Below, in pieces: positions 34,380 through 45,005 of a stretch of DNA of 64,000 nucleotides. The notes beneath the pieces were generated by a model. The model was not told where the DNA came from and did no database searches. It saw only the letters and a program-made list of their open reading frames with translations. The position numbers and the translations under genes are program-made. Origin of the DNA: Minutocellus sp. GHC0000111 (taxonomy: Eukaryota); NCBI GenBank assembly GCA_977018835.1, contig OZ361258.1, forward strand, positions 3,658,001-3,722,000, written 5' to 3'. Every line of letters starts with the position of its first letter. Position 1 is the stretch's first letter.

Positions 34380-35691
34380 ATGGACGAAAAAGATTGCAAA
34401 CCACCGGCCGCCAAGAAGGCGCGCATAGTTTCTGCAGCCAAAGGCATTGCCGTTGGCCCAGCCGGGAACAAAATCAGTGCGCACATTCTACCACCCGAAT
34501 GCTTCGGCCATGCTCTGAGCTTCCTCCCCTACTCGGACGTAAGATCGGCATCGAGAACGGGACGTTATCTTGCCTTCCAAGCCGCCAGGGATGTAGATAC
34601 GATCAATATTGACTCTCCACGAGAGATGAATGCCCGGTCTGGATTCAAACGCTTCCCGAATGTGACGCAAGTCAATATCTTTTGTCTGCAAAATCGAAGC
34701 GGCTACATAAACGATTCTCGAGACTTTCCTCCCGTCTACCCGGCGTCCGAAATATCCAAGGAGGCAGCCGAACGGACCGTTCTATTCCTGGGCACATTTC
34801 CTGATCTAAAGGGCACATATATTGGGGGTACCATTGAAGAGTGGGATCGAAAATTGCAAAAATTGACGGTGAAAGAATGTCCTGTCAGTGTTTTTGATTC
34901 AAGTATTGATCGCCACAATTTCAATAAGTCAAAGAACAAGACAATGAAGTCGCTAATGGCAAATATGTGCAGCGCCTTTAAGGTCGGCGCTTTGCCCTCG
35001 AACCTAAAAATTGATGGGCTGGTGAAAATGGGACTTGCGGCTGATACCTCTTACGAGTTCGTATGTGTGCCCTGTAGCCATGAAAGATTCCGATCGACGA
35101 AATGATGGTGGTTGCGAGCTCTGTCGAAGCATCTGCCAAAATTTCCCAATCTATTCAGTTTGTGAGCTTGAAAACTTTGCTCCATATCGTCAGGCGTTGA
35201 GGCGCGACTTCTGCATTGGCGAAACTAGCAAGCTCGACATTTTGAGAAAGCGCAGTGGATGGAAAGAATATACATCTAAATTCTGTGTACCTCTCGAGAT
35301 GGCTCTCAGAAATTCCTTCATCCATGCCTATGTAGACAAATTTTTCAACGCCCCTAAACGTGACGTGGCAATTGCGTTTAAGCGGGACTTGGTTCGAAGA
35401 AGGATTCCGTTTCAAGTCTATTCTTTGCTCCAAAATTATACTCTTCGCGGTCCTGCTTGTGAAGCGTTTCTCAGTCATGTGATCTCAAGATACGGTTTCA
35501 GACCAGGCCTTATAGATCCCTCGGACCTTGCAGAAATGATAGGTGAGGGGGAATCGTACAAAGTTGTAAAGAAAGAGCGAACCCGGTCTCATGCTAAAGT
35601 ACTTGTTGATACTAGAACCTTTGGGATACTCTCTTCTCTCGGATTCAATGTGGAGAACTTGATTGTCGTGGACAAAGATCGCCAAGCGTAA
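34380..35691 (+). CDS. F-box-like hypothetical protein; frameshift at about 35065
   Basis: LPPECFGHALSFLPYSDVRSASRT is F-box-like. Overlapping ORFs 34380-35105 and 35035-35691 join at GTATGTGTGCCC. Confidence 0.6.
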
Positions 35692-36318
35692 ACCAGACTT
35701 TTGATAAGTCTATTCTCAATTAAAAATCTACTGCGCTTGCATCAATAAATTATGTGTGTATTCTATCATCACACAAGTTGTCAACACTTCAATCTCGACA
35801 TTAAATCGATCAACCCGTGAACACTTGAAGTAGCCACAAAGATTGCTTCATATCTCCCAAAGGCTGCCAATATTATCGAAGATTCCTTGTTTTCCGATAT
35901 AACAGACACATGGGCTGTTACATGCATTTAATGATATCGTACAAAAATGCCCTTCCTGATCTGCGCCTGGTCGTACACCACTTCCGTTGATACAATTTTT
36001 ATTCATGGAACGTACCAGTATTCACACGAAACATCCCCGGATAGAGGCTACTTGTAAAGTTAGTCGGCAATTGCACTGAACCGACGTTCAATCGCCAAGT
36101 TTGGCTAACTTTTCTAGAATTGTAGGAGAGTGTAGAGGCATCTTGTTGATCAGATGCGCTTTAGCTACATGTAGTCAATCAGTAGTAGCTACGATGACAT
36201 AGCAAAAGAGAGACTAATTTTAGCCCAGTTGGTGGTACATGTAGATAGTAGCCAGGGTTAGATCAAAGATACGGTGCCAACTCTCACCATCGATTTGTAA
36301 ATCGATTGATTCGAATCA

Positions 36319-36680
36319 GTCAGAAAATTCGTTCCACATCCCCAAGTCGCATGTCGTCAGCATTTCAAGCCATGCTAGCTACTTCCTTCCCATATCACAT
36401 TGCCATATTTCTCCCCTCTCCTCGCTCTGGGCCGCTTCTTGTTCCTTTCGGAAGGTTTGAAAGTTCTGGTCCATGTGCTGATAGATAAAGAAATCCCTCC
36501 CAGGGCATCTTCCACCAGCCAAGTACCGGCAGACCTTCTTGAGCTCATTGAGAGAATCCTGGTCCCCAGCTTCGGCCGCGGCCATCCAATGACAAATACC
36601 TCTAATCTCGTGGTTGCTTGCCAAAATGTCGAGCGATTTTTGAATGCCACCCTCTGCTGCAAATCTTAAAGGGACGGATG
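36319..36680 (-). pseudogene. Fragment of the RING-SEL1-like family gene seen at 40034-40867
   Basis: NHEIRGICHWMAAAEAGDQDSLNELKK..GRCPGRD matches NHEVGIRHWKIAAEAGDEDAFNALKR..RPVPGRE; frameshifted and 5'-truncated. Confidence 0.7.
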
Positions 36681-37185
36681 CATTCCAACGCCGTGGCAAT
36701 GTGTTGCATCGTCTTAGTCAGGTACGTCTTGTGTTCATTTTCCAACCCAAGGGCATGTCAATTCGTAGCGATACACGAACTGACCGCGCATGTTACAGTC
36801 CGTACTCCAGCCATATGTCGAATTCGTAATGAGCAAAATATGTAGCTAGCTCTACAGTAGCTACTAGGCCTACTACGTACTGTAGCTAGCTAGAGGTGGG
36901 GAGCATAAGCCCCCTGACAGCTTCCCTAACGGAAACCAACGATATTATTTATTTGAGAAGCTCGAGATTCTCGTCTCCGAGAAGAACCTCGGTGGATTTG
37001 CAACAAAGACTTGGACGTTTCATGTACATGCACCGTCGGTTGTTTGTGATGCGCCGCGCTGCCATGCGCAAAAAAGCAACCACAAAATGTCGTTTGAATT
37101 GCATCTTTCAAATAAATACGTACCCTAACTTTCAGTTGAACTTTCACATACCCTTTCTCTTTTCATATTATTCCCAGAACAAATA

Positions 37186-38482
37186 ATGAAGATTCATCTC
37201 CCGATTGTATTGGGCATGATGCTCGTCGTCAATGTTCTTGGCAACTGCGAAAAGGGCGACTACAGTACCTGTGTGAACGGGGGAGATTGTACCCGAAAGT
37301 TCAAAGGAGATACGTGCGAGTAAGTCCATGTGCGAGTTCGGTTGACTGGATTGGTTTCTTCTTCGTCGGTCGAACTACTTCTTCTCTAACATCGCACATA
37401 TGCATACGCTCTTATCTCCTGGAAACTAATCCTCAGGGAATGCTGCGATGAAGTCGCTCCTGCGCCTAGGAGAGACATGTGCAAGGACCGTTGCGAAGAT
37501 GACGACGACGATGCGAAGTGCAGCATGGGCGGTAACCAGGATTTCCTGGACGACGTCGTTAGCTGTTTGGACAACAAAAAGAAGTACGGTCTGAGTTGCT
37601 ATGAGTGCGAGTAAGTCTTCTGTCGTATGTGTCTATGCATAGAGTTAAGTTGTATTTTTGAACTAACGAGCTATCGTTGCCTTACTTCCATTATTGCATC
37701 GTTGCTGATCGCAGGGGATGCTGCAAGGCAGCATGCGAAGACGCCAAGCCTGGCTGCGGTGGTGCCTCCCCCAGTGCTTGTAGGGACAGATGCGAGTACA
37801 GGCGTTGCCGCGACGTTTGCCGCGGTGGAGATGACGACGACGATGACGACGACAATACCACCAGCACCACCTGTTTGTCCAGTGATCAGACCCGCAAGTG
37901 CAGCAACAAGGATAGCGAGGATTCGTGCGAGTGAGTATTGCCGATTGATTCGTTCGTTTATGTGTTCAATCAAATACACATCTTCTCATCACAAATCCAA
38001 CCCCTTCTTCTATTGCCCTTCCTTTCTATTGCAGGAGCTGCTGCGAGAACAAATGTTCCAACAAGAGCAACTCCGATGATCAGCTCGATCATTGTAAAGA
38101 AGATTGTATTCACGAAGCTGACTGCAGCGAGGCTTCTAGTGATGGAGGAAGCTGCGATGATAAGATCGAAGAGTGCTGCTATTGCTTGGAGGACGATTGC
38201 GATGTTGAAAGCGATGACTCTCCCAGCAAGGTGAGAAGTATTTCAATATGTAATATTTGCGTAACACATGTGCGCGAGTTCCTCATCAACTCTTCCGTCT
38301 CTCACACTGTGATCCCTCCCTTCCTCTCCTCATTTTCATGCTACGAACCTGTATCTCAGAATAAAAAGGAATGCATCAACCACAAATGCAAGGATGAGTG
38401 CAAGGACGCCGGCGACTGCGAGTGCAACAGTAGAAGCAGGTGGAAGAAGGTAATTAAACAGAAGTGCGATGTTCGCTGGTAA
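37186..38482 (+). CDS. Secreted Cys/Asp-rich protein, about 280 aa; exons 37186-37319, 37437-37610, 37715-37930, 38035-38230, 38360-38482
   Basis: Signal peptide MKIHLPIVLGMMLVVNVLG. Four GT-AG introns give an 843-nt stop-free CDS, and three of them are phase-2 introns at CE|xCC. Confidence 0.8.
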
Positions 38483-39184
38483 GTGACCATGGGCGATTGT
38501 TGCATTTTGCAACATAGATTCATCAATAAATCGAGCTACATGGGAATTAATTGAACAGTACCGATACCATGAGAGGGAGAGGAAATTAACAAGTAAGCAC
38601 CCACCAAAATAACATCTGGAGAGAGAGCAAAAAACATGGGAATTAATTCAACAGTACCATGGAGGAGATTACTAAGTGCCGCTGAAAGATCTCCAGATAG
38701 ATTAAATAATTTAATTAAAAAAACGGAACCACTTTGGGATTGGGGAGGAATTCCTAAGTTACAGTAGCGGCTGTCGTCCGACACGCAAGCAAGCAGACAG
38801 CAGGATAGAAAAAATGAGGCCGATGCTGCAGACCTGCTGTGAGTCGACTCATTCGAGTGAGTCAAAATGGAACAACCTGAAGCTTCGCGTTTTCTCCTCT
38901 CGCTCGTGCGGGCAAGATGGATGCGGCGGATCAAAGCCAAGCAAAGCGACAAGAAGTCCACACTGTGCGTCGCGGAGGAATTGATCACTCTACCACATAT
39001 ATCCAAGACAACATTCCAGCTGAATTCCCGGCCCCGAAATTGCTTTATTTGTTTTGATTAACGCCGACTGAACCGATCCGTATCTTTCGCTCTACTTTGC
39101 AGGGGCATAAATCGATTGTTTTGATTATTCCTCGCGGCTACGCAGAGCCTTCGCACTTGCCACATCCTGGACTGACCCGCTACA

Positions 39185-39912
39185 ATGGTGAACAACTGCT
39201 GCGCAACACAACATGCGACAAATCCGAAGGAGACGACACGAAGCTGCTCCTATGCTCCATCTGTCACAAGTCGTACTGCAGCCGCGACTGCCAGGCAAAA
39301 GACTTTGCCGCCCACAAACCGTCGTGCAAACAACATGGAGTGCGCGAACTCCTCCAGGCCATTGGTGACAACGACGCGGCCAAGGTTCGACGTTTGGCCA
39401 AGATCAAGTATGTACTGAATGGCAAGGTCGACTACGCGGTACCGACCGACGATGAGGATCACATCCTCGAGCAGTGGACAGCCCTCCATCAGTGCATCCG
39501 GCAGAAAAGGTGCGACCTGCTTCGCATCCTCTGCGCCGCGCCGGGAGTCAAGGTGGATAGCAAGGATGGCGATGGAGAAACCCCACTGTTCGTAGCTTCC
39601 ACAACCAGTGATATCAACATTTTGAAGGTGTTGGTCTCATCAGGGGCCAACGTCAACGCAATGGCGGGGGATGGTTGGACGGCCTTGATGATGGCGGCGC
39701 GAGATGGATATTACGACCACGCCGAGCTGCTCCTCAAGGCGGGAGCCGATTTATATTTGGGACGCGACATGTTTGGACGGACTTGCATGGATTTGGTAGC
39801 AAGTCAGGCGACCGGACAGATGGGCCTTCGATTGCGAGATGGGAACGAGACTATTGAGGAGGCCAAAGCCAGACACATGCACATGCTATCGATGCTGGCG
39901 AGGTATGCTTGA
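39185..39912 (+). pseudogene. MYND zinc finger-ankyrin repeat protein, copy 1; 5-bp duplication frameshift near the start
   Basis: CSICHKSYCSRDCQAKDF..HKPSC and ankyrin repeats DGETPLF, DGWTALMMAA. CAACA is duplicated at 39204-39213 relative to the paralog at 41604. Confidence 0.8.
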
Positions 39913-40033
39913 TTTGATTGTAGCAAATCTAATTTTGCAATCTAACTCCTACTAGCAACGTTTTTTACTGATTTGTAATAGTGGAACTGGGTGCATGAAG
40001 CCTATATTTACACCTCCTCCTCGTTCTATTTTT

Positions 40034-40867
40034 TTAGAAATCAGCAACCTGACGAATTTTTTTCAGCTCATCCTTGGTGATCAATTCTCTTCCCGGCACG
40101 GGTCTATCGGCATCTACCAAACGTTTGAGGGCATTAAAAGCATCTTCGTCGCCAGCTTCGGCAGCAATCTTCCAATGGCGTATTCCCACCTCGTGATTTT
40201 CCAAATCTTTGTACTCATGCATGCCGAGGAGATAACGGGCTGCGAGATCTCCCCTGGCAGTTGCTATACGAGTGAACAAATCTTCTCTCTCTTTGCTACG
40301 GGGCGGGAAGCCGTATTTTCCTTTGTACCCCAGAGCGACAATCATGCATGCTTCCGCAGAACCAAGTTCGGCAGCCTCGATGAGAAAGTGATATCCGGTC
40401 ATTTCATCCTTGCTGACTCCAAATGCTCCGCTGAGCAAGAACAGGCCCAGGGAGAACATTGTCAGGTGGTCATTCAGATGCACGCGTGCCACCATCCTCC
40501 GAAACAGCTCACCGTCGTCTTGGGGTTCCGGTTCGCGGCAGAACGGACAGGAACGGACTATCGGCTTCCTGTTGGCCTTTCCAGCATTCTTCTCATTCTG
40601 CTTCTTAATGAACGCATCATGCCCTTCCAAGCACTTTCTACAGATTTGATTTCCACAGCACGATTGAAACGATCTCCTCTCCTTTCTTCTGGAAAGTGGT
40701 TCGAGACAAATGGCGCAGTCCCCGATCGGCGGCAGCGGAGCGAAGAGATCGGCGCCTTCCAATTCCCCCTCGAGCTTCTTGGACAGAGCATCCAGCTTTT
40801 TGCTAATGTCCTTTGGCGTCAGCTTCTTGTCAATTCCGGCCTGCGCTTTCTTACCCTTCTTGCCCAT
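40034..40867 (-). CDS. RING-finger plus SEL1-like repeat protein (diatom-expanded family)
   Basis: LFAPLPPIGDCAICLEPL...CCGNQICRKC...CPFCR; EAAELGSAEA and HWKIAAEAGD. Confidence 0.85.
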   Translation of the reverse strand: MGKKGKKAQAGIDKKLTPKDISKKLDALSKKLEGELEGADLFAPLPPIGDCAICLEPLSRRKERRSFQSCCGNQICRKCLEGHDAFIKKQNEKNAGKANRKPIVRSCPFCREPEPQDDGELFRRMVARVHLNDHLTMFSLGLFLLSGAFGVSKDEMTGYHFLIEAAELGSAEACMIVALGYKGKYGFPPRSKEREDLFTRIATARGDLAARYLLGMHEYKDLENHEVGIRHWKIAAEAGDEDAFNALKRLVDADRPVPGRELITKDELKKIRQVADF

Positions 40868-41603
40868 GCTGTTCCAAAGTGGTGGAGTAAACTCCAATCC
40901 AAGAAGCTGGTTGGAGTTGCCACGGGGCGAAAGTAGAGATGTCGGTCGACAGGGTGGTTTCGGATGTGCCGGCACTACATACATGCACAATTGCACGAAA
41001 AATGTTCAAGAGGATACTGCAAAGAGAGACAATGTTACAACGACACACGATCTGCTGTAAGGTCCATTCCATATCAACGCATTCGTTCAGTTCTGAAAAC
41101 TCGTGCACCGCACGTGTATTCCTTTGCTCTCTGACACAAACCAATCGAGGCAATGTCGAGCTAGTTGTCGAGCTAGTTGAGAACCGTGAGAGACAGTGAA
41201 AGCAGTGGCATCTTCGCTTGCAAAATAGAAATATTGGGCCAAATACCAAGGCAAAACCGGGCACCGTGGAAAGAACCGGAAAAAAATTGGCATCGTGGAA
41301 AGATCTGTCCTTTCCTTGCACCGTGGAAAGACCATGCCATCCGACAAGGCGAAGCAACATGGCCCAGCACTTCTCCCCTTGCGCTATGGAGGGATTGGTC
41401 CTAACGTCCTAACATATTCAAGACGACATTGCCGCTGAAAGCTTTCGAGGCTGGCGCCGACTTGATTTGCATCGACCGAACTGACATTGATCGATAGGCA
41501 ATTGGTCCGTATCTTTTGCTCTACATTGCAGCAAGGCATAAATAAGTCGATTGGGCATTCCTCAATCAACCATTCTGAACTGACATTGCCATTGAGTGCC
41601 AAA

Positions 41604-42338
41604 ATGGTGAAGAACTGCTGCGCAGCATGTGGCAAATCTGAATGCGACACCAAGAAGCTGCTCCAGTGCTCCATATGCCACAAGTCGTCGTACTGCAGTC
41701 GTAAGTGCCAAGCGAAAGACTTTGCCACCCACAAATCAACGTGCAAAGAATATGGGGTACGGAAACTCTTGCAGGCAATTTGCGATAACGACGCAGATAA
41801 AGTTCGGCATCTGGCCAAAACCAAGTACATTCTGAATGGCAAGGTTGACTATAAGATACCGGGTGAGGAGGGCCCGCGAGCCAACCTCGAGCAGTGGACG
41901 GCGTTGCATCAGTGTGTCAGAGAGGAAAAGTGCGACCTTCTTCGCATTCTTTGTGCCGCACCGGGAGTCAAGCTGGAAATTGCGGATGGCGACGGAGAAA
42001 CCCCGTTGTTTGTGGCTGCTCAAAATAGCATTGATTCGCTGAAAGTGCTCATTGAGGCAGGGGCCAATGTGAACCATGTGGCGAAGGATGGATGGACGGC
42101 TTTGATGATGGTGGCACGAGATGGGGATTACGACCACGCCGTGCTGCTCCTCGAGGCCGGGGCCAATGTGCATCTGGGCTGTAATTCTTTCGGGCGAACG
42201 TGTATTGGCATGCTTGCAGACATGGCATCGGAGGAATGTGCCGCAGATTGGGGCATTCGTAAGTATGAAGGGGAGACTGATAAGGAGGCCATTGCCAGAA
42301 ATAGGCGTATGCTGTCGTTGCTTGAGCGGTACGCATAA
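41604..42338 (+). CDS. MYND zinc finger-ankyrin repeat protein, copy 2 (intact)
   Basis: CCAACGK...CSICHKSSYCSRKCQ..HKSTC and ankyrin repeats. Confidence 0.88.
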   Translation: MVKNCCAACGKSECDTKKLLQCSICHKSSYCSRKCQAKDFATHKSTCKEYGVRKLLQAICDNDADKVRHLAKTKYILNGKVDYKIPGEEGPRANLEQWTALHQCVREEKCDLLRILCAAPGVKLEIADGDGETPLFVAAQNSIDSLKVLIEAGANVNHVAKDGWTALMMVARDGDYDHAVLLLEAGANVHLGCNSFGRTCIGMLADMASEECAADWGIRKYEGETDKEAIARNRRMLSLLERYA

Positions 42339-42741
42339 GAGAAATTACTAAATGCTACACTGACACGACCCTAACCTACTCGCGTGGCGGGTTCCGATTC
42401 CGGGCCTCGGGCCTCGGGCCTCTCGGCCGTCTCGGCCGTGATTGGTCCAGGTAGCCGAAGAGAGAAGGCTCCGGGTGCCTTGTTCGGAGCTCAAAGATGA
42501 GGCTCTTGCTGAGCAACGAGATTTGAGCTAGATGCATCAATGACGCAAGTTGATAGACAAGGCACGATCAAGATCAAGAGAAAAGAGAGAGCAGAACGAT
42601 AGGACGAACGGACTCACTCTTCTTGGTAAAGCAGGAGCTGCATCGACTGAGAAGAGGATGTCGAGCATCGCTCGATTCAAAAACACAGAGACATTGATTG
42701 GCTGCTACACATCTAGCTCTCTTTAGCTAGAAGCATTCATC

Positions 42742-43440
42742 ATGCCTAGTAACGTTGTCTCCCAGTGGAAGCACTACTTCAGCCCCCATCAGGACAATCC
42801 TCGCTTTTCCGCGAACTACGTAAACAACCTTGTAATGGACAAGCTCAAGGACTTCTTCCCGGATGAACTTACTTACCACACACGGAGGACTGTGACACAA
42901 CGAGCTTGCTTGTCAAACGGCGGCCCAACCTTCCTCCCATCCTGTTCGTCGCGAAAAACAACAGGCTCAAGGTCGCCTTTCTGCATCGCATCGTCTTAGA
43001 GAACGACGTTGATCCCAACCCAGCACTCGTGTCGATTGCCAACTCGGACCACAGAACCATTCCAGTCGAAATGGACCCCCCCCCCTGAAAAGTTGCTCTT
43101 TGCTCCAGTTGAAGACATTGACGCACGCCAACAGATTCGGCCCTCACAAAAGTCAAGTCAAGCTCGGACTTAGGAGGATTGCCCGTTTCGGCCACCACTA
43201 AGTTCAAAGGTCGCAATTGCATCGCTATCCCCCCCCAGTCATGGCGTTTGCGGTGATGAATGCTGCTGCTGACACAGCAACAAAAAAAGCCAGCCAGATG
43301 ATGATGAAGCCTTCCTAGATGTCGTGCATTTTCTCAAATCCTTTGATGATGCGAAGATCGATGAGATGCCAAAAGCGAAGAAGGAATGCATCCCCGCCCT
43401 CCGCTTCATCTGGGCTGCAAGCAAAGAGTTGATCCTGTAA
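42742..43440 (+). pseudogene. Degenerate coding relic, possibly a retroelement ORF1/gag-like fragment
   Basis: Protein-like pieces in shifting frames (LPPILFVAKNNRLKVAFLHR, KGRNCIAIPP, FLKSFDDAKIDEMPKAKKECIPALRFIW) interrupted by stops. Confidence 0.35.
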
Positions 43441-43590
43441 CTAAGTTCCCCGCTAGGGCCGAGTTGGTCCCATTTTAGGTGAGGCACTTCAGGACATTGG
43501 AGATTTCGCTAGCACTTTGCTCGCGTTGTCGGACGACGGAAAGACCGTCACTCATCCATTTTTCTCCCGAAAAAACACAACTTTCTCCAT

Positions 43591-43678
43591 AATTCTGGGG
43601 AGAAAGTTGGTCCGGCGGTAACTTGCGACTTTTCCCATGCTTCGCCGCGATGAAAACACGGGCAACAGAAAGACGAAT
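43591..43678 (+). repeat. Dispersed ~90-bp repeat, copy 2
   Basis: Similar to 25095-25185. Confidence 0.75.
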
Positions 43679-43692
43679 GTCCAGTTTTCGGG

Positions 43693-44230
43693 CAGGGTTG
43701 TCTACCCGAGGAGATACACCCACACCCGAATGGATGGGGGTGTCGGGTGCCGGCGGTTTTTGCCGGGTGGGTGGGTAGATGTTCTACCCACCCGACCAAC
43801 GCATGGCGATGGGTGACACCCACCCGACACCCATCGTTGCAGACGTGTGGATGGGTGGCTAGATGGGTGTGAAAATTGCCTCAACTCATCTCTAGGTGCC
43901 CAAAATTTGCGCACACAATTTTTTGCACAAAACACAGCCACCCCACGAACAACGCCAAAATCCCCCTAAAAGTGGCCACCAAGAGCTCAAGGTGCCCACC
44001 ACAGTGAACTTTTAGCAGAAGAACTCGGCTTTGCCGAAGAAAAATCTGAGTTTGAGCCTCTCATGCACCCAAAATTAGACACACCCATTGCCCACATGCC
44101 CGATGATGCCCGCCACTTCAAGCATGCAAATGGGTGCCTACCCGTCTACCCACACCCATCCAGAATTCTCTTCGGGTAACACCCGACACCCACCCACCCA
44201 TGACAAAAAGTGGTCGGGTAGACAACCCTG
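43693..44230. mobile_element. 538-bp hAT-type MITE
   Basis: Perfect 17-bp TIRs CAGGGTTGTCTACCCGA (43693-43709; reverse complement 44214-44230). Perfect 8-bp TSD TTTTCGGG (43685-43692, 44231-44238). Many ACCCGACACCCA-type subterminal motifs in both orientations. Confidence 0.93.
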
Positions 44231-45005
44231 TTTTCGGGTCGAGCAGCTCACCTACATATGTAAAGCTGGACCAACCAACTCGGCCGGAGAGAGGAGAAAG
44301 AAGTGGTCTCTCTACAATGATCATTTTCGGGTCCTACGGGGAACATTAGACCGCCAAATTGTTGTTTTACTTGCAATTACAACACAATTTACTAGATCTA
44401 CGAGGGTGGATGCCTGGGAGGGTCCATGCGATACGAGATAGATGAGGCGACTGGACTTGGTTCGAAGGCACTTCGGGGCCTCTGCTCTTCACCTCTTCAT
44501 CCAAAATCCACAACCCCGAATATTCCCCAAAATGTTCACTCCCATCCCATTGTTACATGTAGCCCGGGAGTCCCCTCACCAGCAGGGCTGTTGTGCACCG
44601 CGCAGACAGTCACGCCCTCCGCCCAGCCATCACATCTTGGGTTGTTTGGGGCCTGGCTGCACGGTTGCGTTGCATCTCAAAGGTCGATAGTGGCGGCGCA
44701 TCCGCCTCGCCCGAGAAGATACGAAGCAAAGCCCTGCAAATTGGGAGCCCTTTAGATGAATGAGGCAGCGTACTACTAGCTAGTAGCCGGCTGACGCAGC
44801 AGTATATCCCATCAACGGTTCGTAAGAGGGAGCTGTTGGAAGAGGGGTGACCAACCGACCTCGCCCGACGACAATTATCCGCAAGAAGGCAGGGGAGCTC
44901 AGCCACTGGTACCAGCCCAATACAGCTACAGCCGCTTCGGAAGTGCACCGCAACTACCAACGGCCGCGATACAAACGATACGATAGAAACGCTACAGAAC
45001 CCAAA

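Noticed and set aside
38539..38659. 24-bp direct repeat CATGGGAATTAATT.AACAGTACC
   Set aside because: Only two copies; no array structure or function supportable
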